A DNA stretch of 32,000 nucleotides from Candidatus Saccharimonas sp. Lineage in GTDB: Bacteria; Patescibacteriota; Saccharimonadia; Saccharimonadales; Saccharimonadaceae. How positions within the stretch are numbered: the stretch's first letter is position 1; every line of letters starts with the position of its first letter. Below the pieces are notes generated by a model. The model was not told the origin of the DNA. It did no database searches and saw only the letters and a list, made by a program, of their open reading frames with translations. Made by a program: the position numbers and the translations under genes. Shown one piece after another: positions 8,941-18,653 of the stretch. The stretch is from contig CP076101.2 in NCBI GenBank assembly GCA_015256915.3, forward strand, positions 240,001-272,000. The letters run 5' to 3'.

Positions 8941-9999
8941 TTAGGCGAGTTCAGCTAAAGTGTAAGTTGCTTTTGCTACGCGCTTGAACTCTTTTTTGCT
9001 TTGAAGGTTTAATAAAACGGTTGTCTCTTTAACTTTGCGTTTTTCAAGCACGCGTTTTACAATTTCATCTCGGTAAAGTGGTTCGCCCGCCTCCTTAAGA
9101 ACCGCCGTAATTATATCGGCCACAGTTCCACGTTTGAAACCCCAAGTGTCGAGTGCATAAATTCCACGGCCAATCAAAACAAAACGTTTATCTTTAATTA
9201 GTTCGTTATGAATTGCCTGAGTTGTAACCGCTTTTCGGCTAAAGTCACTCTTTCGAATTTCTTCAGCAATTTCTGAGAAATGCATTGGCTTTTTTTGGCT
9301 TTCTAAAATCACAAAAATTTTGTCACGAATATTTTTTGGATTCACCGCTGGCCATTTTTCAAGACCCCAAAGCCCGTTTAAGGTTGCAAGTAATTTTGAA
9401 ACACTGGCGATTGCGCTAATTTGGCTTGGATGTTCATAGCTTAATTGCTCGTCTAGCTGCTCTAAGGTCACTGGACTTTTATTCTTTTTGATGATATTGA
9501 CAATTTCATCGATTGATTTTTTAATCTTTCGTTCATCACCATATTCTGCGTTAGCGATTGCGCTGTTGTATTTATCGTTTTCTTGGACTAAAACTAATTT
9601 TGAACTAATTTCAGCAATAAATAAAAAGTTAAAAATTTGCTGATCGCTCGACTCAGATTCAATAGTTTTTTCAACAAGGTTTTTAGTTTTCGAAATTCTC
9701 CCAACTTCAGCAAGATTTCGAATTATAGTTTTTTCGATTTCAGCAAGATGTTCGATACTTCCCTTTTCTGCAGCAATTTTTAATCTAATGAGTGCGGCTT
9801 TTTCGAGTTGACGAACTCGCTCACGAGTAATATCAAGCCTTTCGCCAATTTGTTCGAGAGTTTCTTTTTTCTCGCCGAGCCCAAAGCGGCGGTTGATAAT
9901 TTCACGTTCTCGCGGTTGGTCAATAACTTGTAAAGCATTCGAAATAACCGTTTGAATCAACTGGATTTTTTCATTCTGAGTCTGAGTTTCTTGTTCCAT
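8941..9999 (-). CDS. Sigma-70 region-4 domain protein with C-terminal winged-helix (HARE-HTH-like) repeats
   Basis: REREIINRRFGLGEKKETLEQIGERLDITRERVRQLEKAALIRL matches the sigma region 4 pattern. No region 2 was seen. The C-terminal half has two HTH-like units (PMHFSEIAEEI..., GEPLYRDEIVKRV...). Confidence 0.55.
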   Translation of the reverse strand: MEQETQTQNEKIQLIQTVISNALQVIDQPREREIINRRFGLGEKKETLEQIGERLDITRERVRQLEKAALIRLKIAAEKGSIEHLAEIEKTIIRNLAEVGRISKTKNLVEKTIESESSDQQIFNFLFIAEISSKLVLVQENDKYNSAIANAEYGDERKIKKSIDEIVNIIKKNKSPVTLEQLDEQLSYEHPSQISAIASVSKLLATLNGLWGLEKWPAVNPKNIRDKIFVILESQKKPMHFSEIAEEIRKSDFSRKAVTTQAIHNELIKDKRFVLIGRGIYALDTWGFKRGTVADIITAVLKEAGEPLYRDEIVKRVLEKRKVKETTVLLNLQSKKEFKRVAKATYTLAELA

Positions 10000-10096
10000 A
10001 ATTTCCTTGATTAAAATTAATACTTTATAAAAACCAAGTATTATTTTTCAATAACACTTGAGTATTGTCAATACCATTTATCTCTTCTTTATTTAT

Positions 10097-10105
10097 ATTA
10101 TACCA
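10097..10105 (-). promoter_or_regulatory. Extended -10 (TGgTATAAT) upstream of 8941..9999
   Basis: The minus strand reads tgtggtataat. A leader of about 90 nt follows, with AAGGA before the ATG. Confidence 0.4.
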
Positions 10106-10111
10106 CAAAAT

Positions 10112-10166
10112 TGTAAAAAACAACAAAAAATGACATAAAAATTTATTTTTTAAAATTTTATGTCAT
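10112..10166 (-). terminator. Rho-independent terminator of topA
   Basis: atgacataaaa / ttttatgtcat is an 11-bp stem, followed on the minus strand by tttttgttgtttttt. Confidence 0.6.
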
Positions 10167-10198
10167 TATGCTTGTGTTTATAGTTGAAATATTAAATG

Positions 10199-12577
10199 CT
10201 ATTTTTTTGATTTTGTAGTTTTTGAAACAGCTTTCTTGGTTGTTTTTGAAGCTGTTTTTTGTTTCGCTATCTTTTTGACGGTTGATTTTTTACCAGATTT
10301 TTGAGATTTTGCAACTTCAATTAATTCACTAGCTTGTTTATCGGTAATTTTCTCAATGTCTAAATCTTTTGGCAGAATTGCTTTAATTTTGTTATCGGTA
10401 ATATATTTTCTTCCGAATCCACCGCGAGAAATTGTAATTCCGTTTTCGAATTTCTTTAAAATCCGCTTTTCATCAGCCTTTAGTTTTTCTTCATAAAGCA
10501 TCTGTGCTTCAGTTTCGGTAATTTCGAAAGGAGACATTGGCTTAATACTCACAAAAGTATTTTCAATTTTAATATATGGGCCATATTGGCCAATATTGGC
10601 TGTAATTTCTTTACCGTTGGTAGTTTTACCAACTTTTCGTGGCAAAAGGAACATTTTTAAAGCACTTTCGAGCGAGACGGTCTCGATTTTTTCGCCAGCT
10701 GGCATTGGTGCAAATTTAACTTCTTCGCCCTCAACTTTATTGTCGCCAAGCTGAATCATCGGACCAAAACGACCAAATCGTGCAAAAACTTTTCGCCCAG
10801 TTTTTGGATCGACTCCAATTTCACGGGCGGGTGCTACAGTGTTACGATCAATTTCGCCTGAATCCATAATTAATTTATGAAATGGTTTATAGAAATCGTC
10901 AAGTACTTCAAGACGATCTTCCTCGCCTAAAGCAATTTTATCGAAGTCATTCTCGAGGTTTGCTGTCCAACCATAATCAACAACTTGATTAAAATAATCG
11001 TTTAGGAAATCACTTAAAACCTCGCCGCTAGCAGTTGGAAGCAGTTTTCCTTTGGTTGAACCGGTTTTTTCTTGAACAACTTTGCGGTTAATTTTGTTTT
11101 TCGAAAGTGAAATTTGAATCACATCGCGTGGATTTCCTTCGCCTTCACCTTTCAGAGCGTAACCACGAGCCTGAATCGTATCCAGAATCGTAGCATATGT
11201 TGATGGGCGGCCGATTCCTAAATCTTCGAGTTTTTTAACAAGAGAACCTTCACTGTAGCGTGCCGGTGGTCGTGAAAAAACTTCTTTTGCGATGATTTCA
11301 TTAAAATTCAAACTATCACCACTTGTAAGCTCTGGTAAGAATTCATCTTTCTTTCCGTTTGAATAAACTTTTAAAAATCCGTCAAAAACAACCACTTCAC
11401 CTTTAGCTTCAAAATAATTTTCTTGACCATAAATTTCAATTTTGATAGTGGTTTTTTCGATTTGCGCTGGTGTCATTTGGCTAGCAAGTGTTCGGTTTCG
11501 AATCAGCGTATAAATCTTTTGTAGATCTTGGCTGGTTGAAACTTTTTCATTTGCTATTACGGTTGGCCGAATTGCTTCGTGCGCTTCTTGCGCTGCGGCC
11601 GATTTCGTGGCAAAAATGCGTGCTTTGTGATATTTTTCACCGAAAGTTTTCTTAATAAATTCTTCACTAGATTTAATTGCAAATCCACTCAAATTTACAC
11701 TATCGGTTCGCATGTAGGTAATTTTTCCAGATTGATAGAGCTTTTGTGCGGCAGCCATTGTACTTTTGGCTGAAAATCCAATCCGTGCGTTAGCTTCTTG
11801 CTGAAGGGTTGAAGTGGTAAAAGGCGCACTTGGGTTGCGAGTTCCGGGAGTTTTTGAAATATTTGCCACTTTAAAATTCGCATTTTTTAAGCTTTCAAGG
11901 AAATCAGTGGCAGCTTTTTCACTTTCGAATTTTTTATTAAGCTCAGCTTTTAAGATTTCACCTGAGCTCGGAACAAAAAACTCCCCAGTAATTTTGAACG
12001 AACTTTTTGCGCCAAATTTTTCAATTTCGCGCTCTCGCTCCACGAGTAATCTAACTGCTGGGCTCTGCACGCGGCCAGCACTTTTGCCGCCAGGAACTTT
12101 TCTCCACACAACAGGACTCAGATCAAAACCAACTAGCCAGTCTAAAGTTTGGCGAGTTTGTTGAGCTTCGACCATTTTCATGTCAATTTTTCGTGGATTT
12201 TTAATTGCCTCTTCAATTGCATTTTTAGTAATTTCGTGAAAAACAATTCGCTTGGTAGTTTTTGGATTTAATTTTAAAACCTCGCAAAGGTGCCACGCAA
12301 TCGCTTCTCCTTCGCGGTCTTCATCGGTTGCAAGCCAAACTTCTTTAGCAGCCTTAACGGCTTTCCTGAGTTCACTGACTACTTTTTTCTTGCCTGGGTC
12401 AACTTCAAAAGTGATTTTATATTTATTATTTGTTTCGATTGGTCGCCCGCCGTCTTTATTTTTCTTGGCAATCTGGCGAATATGCCCAACGCTGGACATC
12501 ACTGTGAAATCTTTGCCGAGATATTTTTCGATAGTTTTAGCCTTGGCGGGGCTCTCTACGATTACTAAATTCTTCAT
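10199..12577 (-). CDS. topA: DNA topoisomerase I
   Basis: VIVESPAKAKTIEKYLG Toprim start, DEDREGE, ITYMRTDS active-site Tyr. The C-terminal repeats lack Cys and end in a Lys-rich tail. Confidence 0.95.
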   Translation of the reverse strand: MKNLVIVESPAKAKTIEKYLGKDFTVMSSVGHIRQIAKKNKDGGRPIETNNKYKITFEVDPGKKKVVSELRKAVKAAKEVWLATDEDREGEAIAWHLCEVLKLNPKTTKRIVFHEITKNAIEEAIKNPRKIDMKMVEAQQTRQTLDWLVGFDLSPVVWRKVPGGKSAGRVQSPAVRLLVEREREIEKFGAKSSFKITGEFFVPSSGEILKAELNKKFESEKAATDFLESLKNANFKVANISKTPGTRNPSAPFTTSTLQQEANARIGFSAKSTMAAAQKLYQSGKITYMRTDSVNLSGFAIKSSEEFIKKTFGEKYHKARIFATKSAAAQEAHEAIRPTVIANEKVSTSQDLQKIYTLIRNRTLASQMTPAQIEKTTIKIEIYGQENYFEAKGEVVVFDGFLKVYSNGKKDEFLPELTSGDSLNFNEIIAKEVFSRPPARYSEGSLVKKLEDLGIGRPSTYATILDTIQARGYALKGEGEGNPRDVIQISLSKNKINRKVVQEKTGSTKGKLLPTASGEVLSDFLNDYFNQVVDYGWTANLENDFDKIALGEEDRLEVLDDFYKPFHKLIMDSGEIDRNTVAPAREIGVDPKTGRKVFARFGRFGPMIQLGDNKVEGEEVKFAPMPAGEKIETVSLESALKMFLLPRKVGKTTNGKEITANIGQYGPYIKIENTFVSIKPMSPFEITETEAQMLYEEKLKADEKRILKKFENGITISRGGFGRKYITDNKIKAILPKDLDIEKITDKQASELIEVAKSQKSGKKSTVKKIAKQKTASKTTKKAVSKTTKSKK

Positions 12578-12588
12578 AAGCTTAATTT

Positions 12589-12617
12589 ATTTTAACACTT
12601 TCAAAGTTTTTCTGCAA
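12589..12617 (-). promoter_or_regulatory. topA promoter TTGCAG-N17-TGtTAAAAT, 11 nt from the ATG
   Basis: Read on the minus strand. The predicted 5' UTR is only about 4 nt. Confidence 0.45.
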
Positions 12618-12762
12618 ATTTTAAAATTAATAATTTGGCAGAATTTCAGATTTTTTATAAATTTAATTAAAAATAAAAATATAAGTTAATTGCAATACTT
12701 CCACACACCTAACTAGAAACGATTAAAAGTTGTTTTGAATTTTTAAGCATAACTAATTTGGT

Positions 12763-12791
12763 TTGAAATCTGCTGCGAAATCTGATATAAT
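12763..12791 (+). promoter_or_regulatory. Promoter TTGAAA-N17-TGaTATAAT, 7 nt from the ATG at 12799
   Basis: Near-consensus hexamers. The TTG 'start' in the ORF track is the -35 element itself. Confidence 0.55.
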
Positions 12792-12798
12792 CAAGCTT

Positions 12799-14109
12799 AT
12801 GAAAATTGCAATTGCATCTGATTTATTCTGGCCGATGATTAACGGAATTTCGGTCTTTTCGAAAAATTTAGCCGAACAAATGACAGCTCGTGGCCACGAA
12901 GTTGTTGTTTTTGCTCCAAGCCAGACTGGTGAATATTATATCGAAGAAATCGACGGCTACCGCGTAGTTCGTTTAAGCTCGACCAACTTCCCCTTTTACC
13001 CAAATCAAACTGAAACTCTTCCTGAGCCACGCAAAATTGCTGGTGGCCGAATTACTATTCCGCGAATTTATCTTCATAATGGTTATCGACTTTCACTTTT
13101 GCCAATCCGTGAAATCCGCAAATTTTGCAAAGAAAATAATTTTATGCCAGATGTTTCACATATTCAATTGCAACTTTTTGTGGGTCAGGCGATGATTGAT
13201 TTTTCACGAAAACATAATATTCCAGTGGTAATCACTAATCATTCTAGCCCTGAGAATCTATTTGATAATTTAAAGATGCTTGCGCCGCTATCGCCGATTA
13301 TCAATCGCACAGTTTTGCTTTATACCAAACGCTTTGCGCTTCAAGCAGACTATGCTACGATGCCAACTCAGCAAGCAATTGAAAGGCATTTTCGAAATCC
13401 AGAAAAAGCCAAAATGCCGATTGAAGCTGTTTCAAATGGTATTGATTTAAGCCGATTTACTCCTGAAAAACCGCCAAAAGAATTTTTTGAAAAATTTAAT
13501 TTGCCACAAAACTCACCAATTGTAATGAATATTGGTCGTGTTGATGCTGAAAAGCACATTTCAACATTGATTTTAGCGTTTAATGAAGTGTTAAAAAATA
13601 ACAAAAAAGCCCAGCTAATTATTGTTGGCGACGGCACTGATCGCCCGAATCTTGAGAATTTGGTTTATAAATTAGGAATTTCAGAAAATGTTCGCTTCAT
13701 GGGCACGCAACTTGGTGAAGATTTAGTGAATTTTCACCGTGCAGCTAGCGTGTTTGTGTCAGCCAGCCCAACTGAAACTCAAGGAATTGTTTTTCTTGAG
13801 GCTGCGGCCTGCGGTAAACCCGTGATTGGTGTTGATGTTGGTGCGGTTAAAGAAATTTGCCAAGATGGCGTGAATGGATTTTTGTGTGAAACTGATAATG
13901 TTGAACAAATTGCTGGAAGCATTTTAAAAATTTTAAACGATAGAAAGCTTGCGGCAGATTTTTCAAAAACTGGACTTGAAATTATTAAAAAACACGATTT
14001 GAATTTTACAATTTCAAAATTTGAAGAAATTTATAATTTTGTGATCGAAAAGAAAAAACAAGAACCACGAAATTGGTTCGAAAAACTCTCGCGAAAATTA
14101 AAGAAATAA
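12799..14109 (+). CDS. Glycosyltransferase family 4 (GT-B fold)
   Basis: MKIAIASDLFWPMINGISVF N-terminus and an E-x7-E motif (ETQGIVFLEAAACGKPVIG). Confidence 0.8.
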   Translation: MKIAIASDLFWPMINGISVFSKNLAEQMTARGHEVVVFAPSQTGEYYIEEIDGYRVVRLSSTNFPFYPNQTETLPEPRKIAGGRITIPRIYLHNGYRLSLLPIREIRKFCKENNFMPDVSHIQLQLFVGQAMIDFSRKHNIPVVITNHSSPENLFDNLKMLAPLSPIINRTVLLYTKRFALQADYATMPTQQAIERHFRNPEKAKMPIEAVSNGIDLSRFTPEKPPKEFFEKFNLPQNSPIVMNIGRVDAEKHISTLILAFNEVLKNNKKAQLIIVGDGTDRPNLENLVYKLGISENVRFMGTQLGEDLVNFHRAASVFVSASPTETQGIVFLEAAACGKPVIGVDVGAVKEICQDGVNGFLCETDNVEQIAGSILKILNDRKLAADFSKTGLEIIKKHDLNFTISKFEEIYNFVIEKKKQEPRNWFEKLSRKLKK

Positions 14110-14110
14110 T

Positions 14111-15805
14111 ATGATTCTTAGTGTAGAAATTACTGAAAAATCTTTTGGCAACAAACAGCTTCTTCAGAACGTAAAATTTAGCATCGATGAAGGCGAAAAA
14201 GTTGGTTTAATTGGGCGAAATGGAATTGGTAAGTCAACGCTCTTCTCGGTTCTGCTTGGCCGAGACCAAGATTTTTCAGGTAAAGTGATTTTTCGAAAAG
14301 GTTCAGTCATTGCCAGTACGCAACAGGAATATTCCAGTGTTGGTGAACAGACCGTGCTAAATTTTATTTTGAATGATCTGCCGGAATATGCTCATCTTTC
14401 GAAACTTTTGCGTGAACTTCCTGAAAAAATGGGCGAAAATATGGAGCTGATCGAAAAATACACTGATGCTCTAAATCGCTTTCAAGAGAAAAATTTCCAC
14501 TTTATTGAAGATAAAATTAAAGCCGAACTTCGCGATTTTGGCCTCGGTGGTTTTGAGAATCGGCAAATGAAAACACTTTCGGGCGGTCAGAAGCGCTTAG
14601 TTGATACGATTAAAATTATCCATTCGAAAACTGATTTGGCGCTTGTTGATGAGCCGACTAACTTTATGGATTCGCACGCCAAAAATCGTTTTTTAAACTG
14701 GATGAATAATTCTAACGAAGCGGTTTTAGTGATTACGCACGACCGTGATGTGCTTTCGAGAGTTGATAGAATCATCGAAATTCGTGACGGTAAAACTTAT
14801 ATTTTTAAAGGAAATTATGACGATTATTTGCGGGCGAATATGTTTTCGACGACTAATCAAATTCAAGATTTTGAAAGTATTCAGCGCCGAATTGCGAATT
14901 TGAAAGATAAAGTTCGTGAATATCAACGGATGAAGGAAAAGGCTCGTGATCCGAGTACAATTCAACGGTTTAAGCGGCTCGAAAATAAATCGCGCGAAGA
15001 GCTCGCGGATCTGGAGCTGATTAAAAAACCAAGTTTTTGGATTGATCAAGCAAATGTTGAAAACCTAGATTTTAAGGCGGCGAAATCTTATCAAAAATTT
15101 AAGGCCAAAAATGTTAAAATTGGTATTAAAAATGAAGAAACGCGTTCGGTGCGAAGTTTGGTGTGGGCAGAAAATCTTGCGCTCGGCTATGGTTCGCTTG
15201 AAGACGCGCTTGAAAATAAAAATGGCGCAAAAATTCTTTTTGAAAATGTAAATTTTGATTTAAAAGTTGGTGGTATTTTAGAGATTTTTGGTCGAAATGG
15301 TGTTGGAAAAACCAGCTTAATTAAAACGATTTTTGGCGCAGAAAATGAAAAAGCGGAAATCTACGATGGTAAGATTTTTCTTGATGAATCCGCGAGAGTT
15401 GGAATTTATAGCCAAGAAATTGGTTCTGAATTTTTCGAAATGAATCTAAAAGATGCAATTGAAAAAATCTACCTTGACCAAAATATTTCAATCACGGAGG
15501 AAAAAATTTACCGAATTTTGCACCAATATCTCTTTTCTACTGAAGATTTCGAAACGCCTATTCGCGAGCTTTCTGGTGGACAAAAGGCACGTTTTCAGCT
15601 GATTAAAATGCTTTCGAATGAGCCGCAAATTTTGATTTTAGATGAGCCAACTTCGCATTTGGATCTACCAAGTATTGAAGAGCTCGAACGGGCTTTGAAG
15701 AATTATTCGGGCGCGATTATTTTTGTGAGCCATGATGATTATTTTCGAAAAGTAATGAAATCTACCGAAAAGGATTTTCAGACTGTAGAAATTCGCGGAA
15801 ATTAA
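14111..15805 (+). CDS. ABC-F family ATPase (two ABC domains, no TM domain)
   Basis: GRNGIGKST/LSGGQKRL and GRNGVGKTS/LSGGQKARF with a charged inter-domain linker. The start lies 1 nt after the GT4 stop. Confidence 0.85.
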   Translation: MILSVEITEKSFGNKQLLQNVKFSIDEGEKVGLIGRNGIGKSTLFSVLLGRDQDFSGKVIFRKGSVIASTQQEYSSVGEQTVLNFILNDLPEYAHLSKLLRELPEKMGENMELIEKYTDALNRFQEKNFHFIEDKIKAELRDFGLGGFENRQMKTLSGGQKRLVDTIKIIHSKTDLALVDEPTNFMDSHAKNRFLNWMNNSNEAVLVITHDRDVLSRVDRIIEIRDGKTYIFKGNYDDYLRANMFSTTNQIQDFESIQRRIANLKDKVREYQRMKEKARDPSTIQRFKRLENKSREELADLELIKKPSFWIDQANVENLDFKAAKSYQKFKAKNVKIGIKNEETRSVRSLVWAENLALGYGSLEDALENKNGAKILFENVNFDLKVGGILEIFGRNGVGKTSLIKTIFGAENEKAEIYDGKIFLDESARVGIYSQEIGSEFFEMNLKDAIEKIYLDQNISITEEKIYRILHQYLFSTEDFETPIRELSGGQKARFQLIKMLSNEPQILILDEPTSHLDLPSIEELERALKNYSGAIIFVSHDDYFRKVMKSTEKDFQTVEIRGN

Positions 15806-15909
15806 AAGTAGAAGTAGCTATTACTTTAGTTTATGCTTTCTGAAAAATCTTCTGAATCTTTTTTACTTTATAATGATATGAGTTTTTCAGTGAATATTAA
15901 AAATAAAAA

Positions 15910-15944
15910 GTAGCGAAAGTTCAATCATTCGCTACAATTTTTTT
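15910..15944. terminator. Bidirectional terminator hairpin
   Basis: gtagcgaa-N10-ttcgctac flanked by an A-run and a T-run. It lies between the convergent ABC-F and glutaredoxin-like genes. Confidence 0.6.
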
Positions 15945-15947
15945 CAG

Positions 15948-16199
15948 TTAAAATCGTTTAATATCAAGTAATTTCGAAAGCTTTGCGCGATCAAAACCGA
16001 GTACAATTTCGCCATTTATATCTGTTACTGGCACACCACGGAATTCCCCGCCCATTTTTGCAAGGAGCTCATCGCGAGCTTCAGCATCTTCTTCAATATC
16101 TTTAGCTTCAAATTTTACACCGTTGTGTTCAAGCCAGTCTTTTTCAGCTGAGCAAAATCCGCACCAGCTTGTTGAGTAAACAATAACTTTTTTATCCAT
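15948..16199 (-). CDS. Glutaredoxin-like protein (NrdH/YruB-like)
   Basis: 83 aa with a WCGFC CxxC motif and thioredoxin-fold length. Confidence 0.75.
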   Translation of the reverse strand: MDKKVIVYSTSWCGFCSAEKDWLEHNGVKFEAKDIEEDAEARDELLAKMGGEFRGVPVTDINGEIVLGFDRAKLSKLLDIKRF

Positions 16200-16250
16200 A
16201 AATATAGTTTAGCATAAAAAGCTTAAAAAATCATTAAAATTTACAAAATA

Positions 16251-16448
16251 TTAAATTTTCTTGGTTAAATACCAGCCACCATCTAAATCTTGATAAACTT
16301 TAAGTTCAAGTGAAACATCCATTGTCATCAAATAATCCGCAGCTTTTTCGGCTTCGAACTTTGAAGTATATCTCTTCTTTTTTGAGCTTGAAAGCTGCAT
16401 TTCGAAACGTTCAAACTTCACTTTCTGTTTATTATTTTTGCGTGGCAT
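16251..16448 (-). CDS. Small basic hypothetical protein, 65 aa
   Basis: The ORF overlaps the dus 3' end by 17 nt. No family recognised, and coding status is uncertain. Confidence 0.35.
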   Translation of the reverse strand: MPRKNNKQKVKFERFEMQLSSSKKKRYTSKFEAEKAADYLMTMDVSLELKVYQDLDGGWYLTKKI

Positions 16449-17442
16449 TTCTAAAATCCTTTAAAATTTCACGAACTTCACTAACAGTTTTAGTTTCCAT
16501 TAGTTTTGCCCGAAGTTCACTCGCGCCAGCAAATTCTCGCACATAAATTTTAAAAAATCGCTTTAAAGGCTCAAAACGGCGTTTTTCAAGCTCTCGAGAA
16601 TATTTTTCGAATAAATCAAGCTGAAGTTCGAGCAGGTCTAAATAATCGCTTGAAGTTCGAGCAGTTTCTGGCGGATTTTTTTCAAAACAAAATGGATTTT
16701 CGAAAACGCCACGGCCGATCATAATTCCATCAATTTTTGGGAATTTTCGCCAAAGTTCCAATCCTTGCTCGCGAGTTTTAATGTCGCCATTAATTTGAAT
16801 TAGGGTTTCTGGTGCAATTTCATCGCGTAGTGCTAATATTTCAGGAATCAATTCGAAATGTGCTGGAACTTTACTCATTTCTTTCTTCGTTCGGAGATGA
16901 ATAGTTAAAACTGAAATTTCTTGTTCAAGTAAAAAATTGAGCCAACCTCTCCACTCCACCACTTTAGAAAAACCAAGTCGCGTTTTTACCGAAATTGGCA
17001 AACCGCTAGCTTTTGCGTTTTTGATGATTTTAGCGGCAAGCTCAGGGTTTCGAATCAAATCACTTCCGCCACCACTTTTAATTACGGCTTTATCTGGGCA
17101 ACCCATATTGATATCAATCGCTTGATAGCCAAGCTCTGGCAGTTTTTCGCACATAAATTTAATATCGTCTGGTCGTGAGCCCCAAATTTGAGCAATAATT
17201 GGTTGCTCATCTGGTGTGAAAGTTAGTCGCCCGCGTGTACTATGGATTCCTTTTGGGCTGGCGAAACTTGAAGAATTAGTGAATTCGGTATAAAAAATAT
17301 CAGGTCGTGCCGCTTTTGAAACTACATGTCGAAAAACTACATCAGTCACAGCTTCCATTGGCGCTAACGAGAAAAATGGTAGTTTTTTACCGTTTTCTTC
17401 GCCAGTTGATTCAATAATTTTATTCCAAAATTCACTTTTCAT
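16432..17442 (-). CDS. dus: tRNA-dihydrouridine synthase
   Basis: LAPMEAVTDVVFR and IDINMGCP motifs, with TIM-barrel length. Confidence 0.85.
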   Translation of the reverse strand: MKSEFWNKIIESTGEENGKKLPFFSLAPMEAVTDVVFRHVVSKAARPDIFYTEFTNSSSFASPKGIHSTRGRLTFTPDEQPIIAQIWGSRPDDIKFMCEKLPELGYQAIDINMGCPDKAVIKSGGGSDLIRNPELAAKIIKNAKASGLPISVKTRLGFSKVVEWRGWLNFLLEQEISVLTIHLRTKKEMSKVPAHFELIPEILALRDEIAPETLIQINGDIKTREQGLELWRKFPKIDGIMIGRGVFENPFCFEKNPPETARTSSDYLDLLELQLDLFEKYSRELEKRRFEPLKRFFKIYVREFAGASELRAKLMETKTVSEVREILKDFRNATQK

Positions 17443-17449
17443 AGATAAT

Positions 17450-17458
17450 AGTATAACA
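17450..17458 (-). promoter_or_regulatory. Extended -10 (TGtTATACT), 7 nt from the dus ATG
   Basis: The minus strand reads tgtgttatact-attatct-ATG with no Shine-Dalgarno. Confidence 0.45.
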
Positions 17459-17489
17459 CAAAAACTAACTTTCGAAAACTTAAAAAATA

Positions 17490-17498
17490 TGATATAAT
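17490..17498 (+). promoter_or_regulatory. Extended -10 (TGaTATAAT), 7 nt from the ATG at 17506
   Basis: tgatataat-tattttt-ATG. It sits back to back with the dus promoter in a 63-bp spacer centred on TTTCGAAA. Confidence 0.5.
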
Positions 17499-17505
17499 TA
17501 TTTTT

Positions 17506-18642
17506 ATGAAAGTTAAAATTGAAATCGATACAAAAACACTAATTCGCTTTTGGCTGGTGATTTTTGGTTTTATTATTTTTGCAGGATTAATTTGGGTTGC
17601 AAAAGACGTTCTAATTATGATAATAATTGCGGCCTTTTTGGCCCTTGCTCTAAATGATCCAGTAGCAAGAATTACAAAAATTTTACCCGGTTCAAATAAA
17701 AACCGCGTAGCGGCGACTGCAGTTGCATATCTTACAATTGTTCTAATTTTGGGTGCGTTAATTTCACTTCTTACGCCGATTATCGCTGACCAAGTTAAAC
17801 ATTTTTCGAAAGATTTACCGCAAATTGTGAAAAATTATACCGGCGAGGAATCTGGAATCCGCAGATTTATTGTTGAAAACCATCTTGAAGGAATGATTTC
17901 GCAAGCAGTTGATTCAATTACGCGATCAATTAATTCTTCGGTTTCAAAGCTAGGTGACTTCTTCTTCGGAAGTATTGCATCAATTGTTGGTTGGCTTATT
18001 TCTCTGTTTATGATTCTTGCGATGGCGTTTCTAATGCTCGTTGAAGGACCAGACTTAATAGATAAAATCTTTAAAGTTTTTTATACCGATAAAACGCTCG
18101 AAAAAGATCACCGCAGAATTCTTTCACGAATGTATGGAACAGTTTCAGGCTATGTTTCGAGCATTGTTACAATTTGTTCAATTAGTGCAACTTGCGGTTC
18201 GATTGCAACGGCGATTTTAGCATTAATTTTTGGATTACCAATCGCTTTAGTTCCACCAATTGCAGTTTTACTCTTCATTTTCGGAATGATTCCTATGGTT
18301 GGCGCTACAATTGCTGGGTTACTTTCTGCCGTTATTTTAGGACTAAATGCCCCGACTGCGGGATTGTTCTTCCTAATTTACTTCTTAATTTATCAACAAG
18401 TTGAGAATAATGTAATCTCCCCAATGATTCAAGCTCGAAATAATCAGCTCTCGGCACTAATAATTTTTGTTGCACTTACAATTGGTGTTTACGCTTTTGG
18501 TCTACTTGGGGCGCTCCTTGCAATTCCTTTAGCGGCTTGTATAAAAATTCTTGTTCAAGAACAATTGAAATCTCGAAAACGCCGTACGCGTGAAGAAAAC
18601 TCGGAAAAATTTGTTGAACTTCTTAAGAAAATTGGCAATTAA
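17506..18642 (+). CDS. AI-2E family transporter (PerM/UPF0118-like permease)
   Basis: Multi-TM profile and family-typical length. The YQQVENNVISP block resembles the family's conserved region. Confidence 0.7.
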   Translation: MKVKIEIDTKTLIRFWLVIFGFIIFAGLIWVAKDVLIMIIIAAFLALALNDPVARITKILPGSNKNRVAATAVAYLTIVLILGALISLLTPIIADQVKHFSKDLPQIVKNYTGEESGIRRFIVENHLEGMISQAVDSITRSINSSVSKLGDFFFGSIASIVGWLISLFMILAMAFLMLVEGPDLIDKIFKVFYTDKTLEKDHRRILSRMYGTVSGYVSSIVTICSISATCGSIATAILALIFGLPIALVPPIAVLLFIFGMIPMVGATIAGLLSAVILGLNAPTAGLFFLIYFLIYQQVENNVISPMIQARNNQLSALIIFVALTIGVYAFGLLGALLAIPLAACIKILVQEQLKSRKRRTREENSEKFVELLKKIGN

Positions 18643-18653
18643 AAATAACTAAT

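Noticed and set aside
10199-10700. The absence of Cys4 zinc ribbons in the TopA C-terminal region, and its Lys-rich tail.
   Set aside because: Cysteine-free TopA C-terminal repeats with basic tails are an established variant, for example in actinobacteria. This is not novel in itself.
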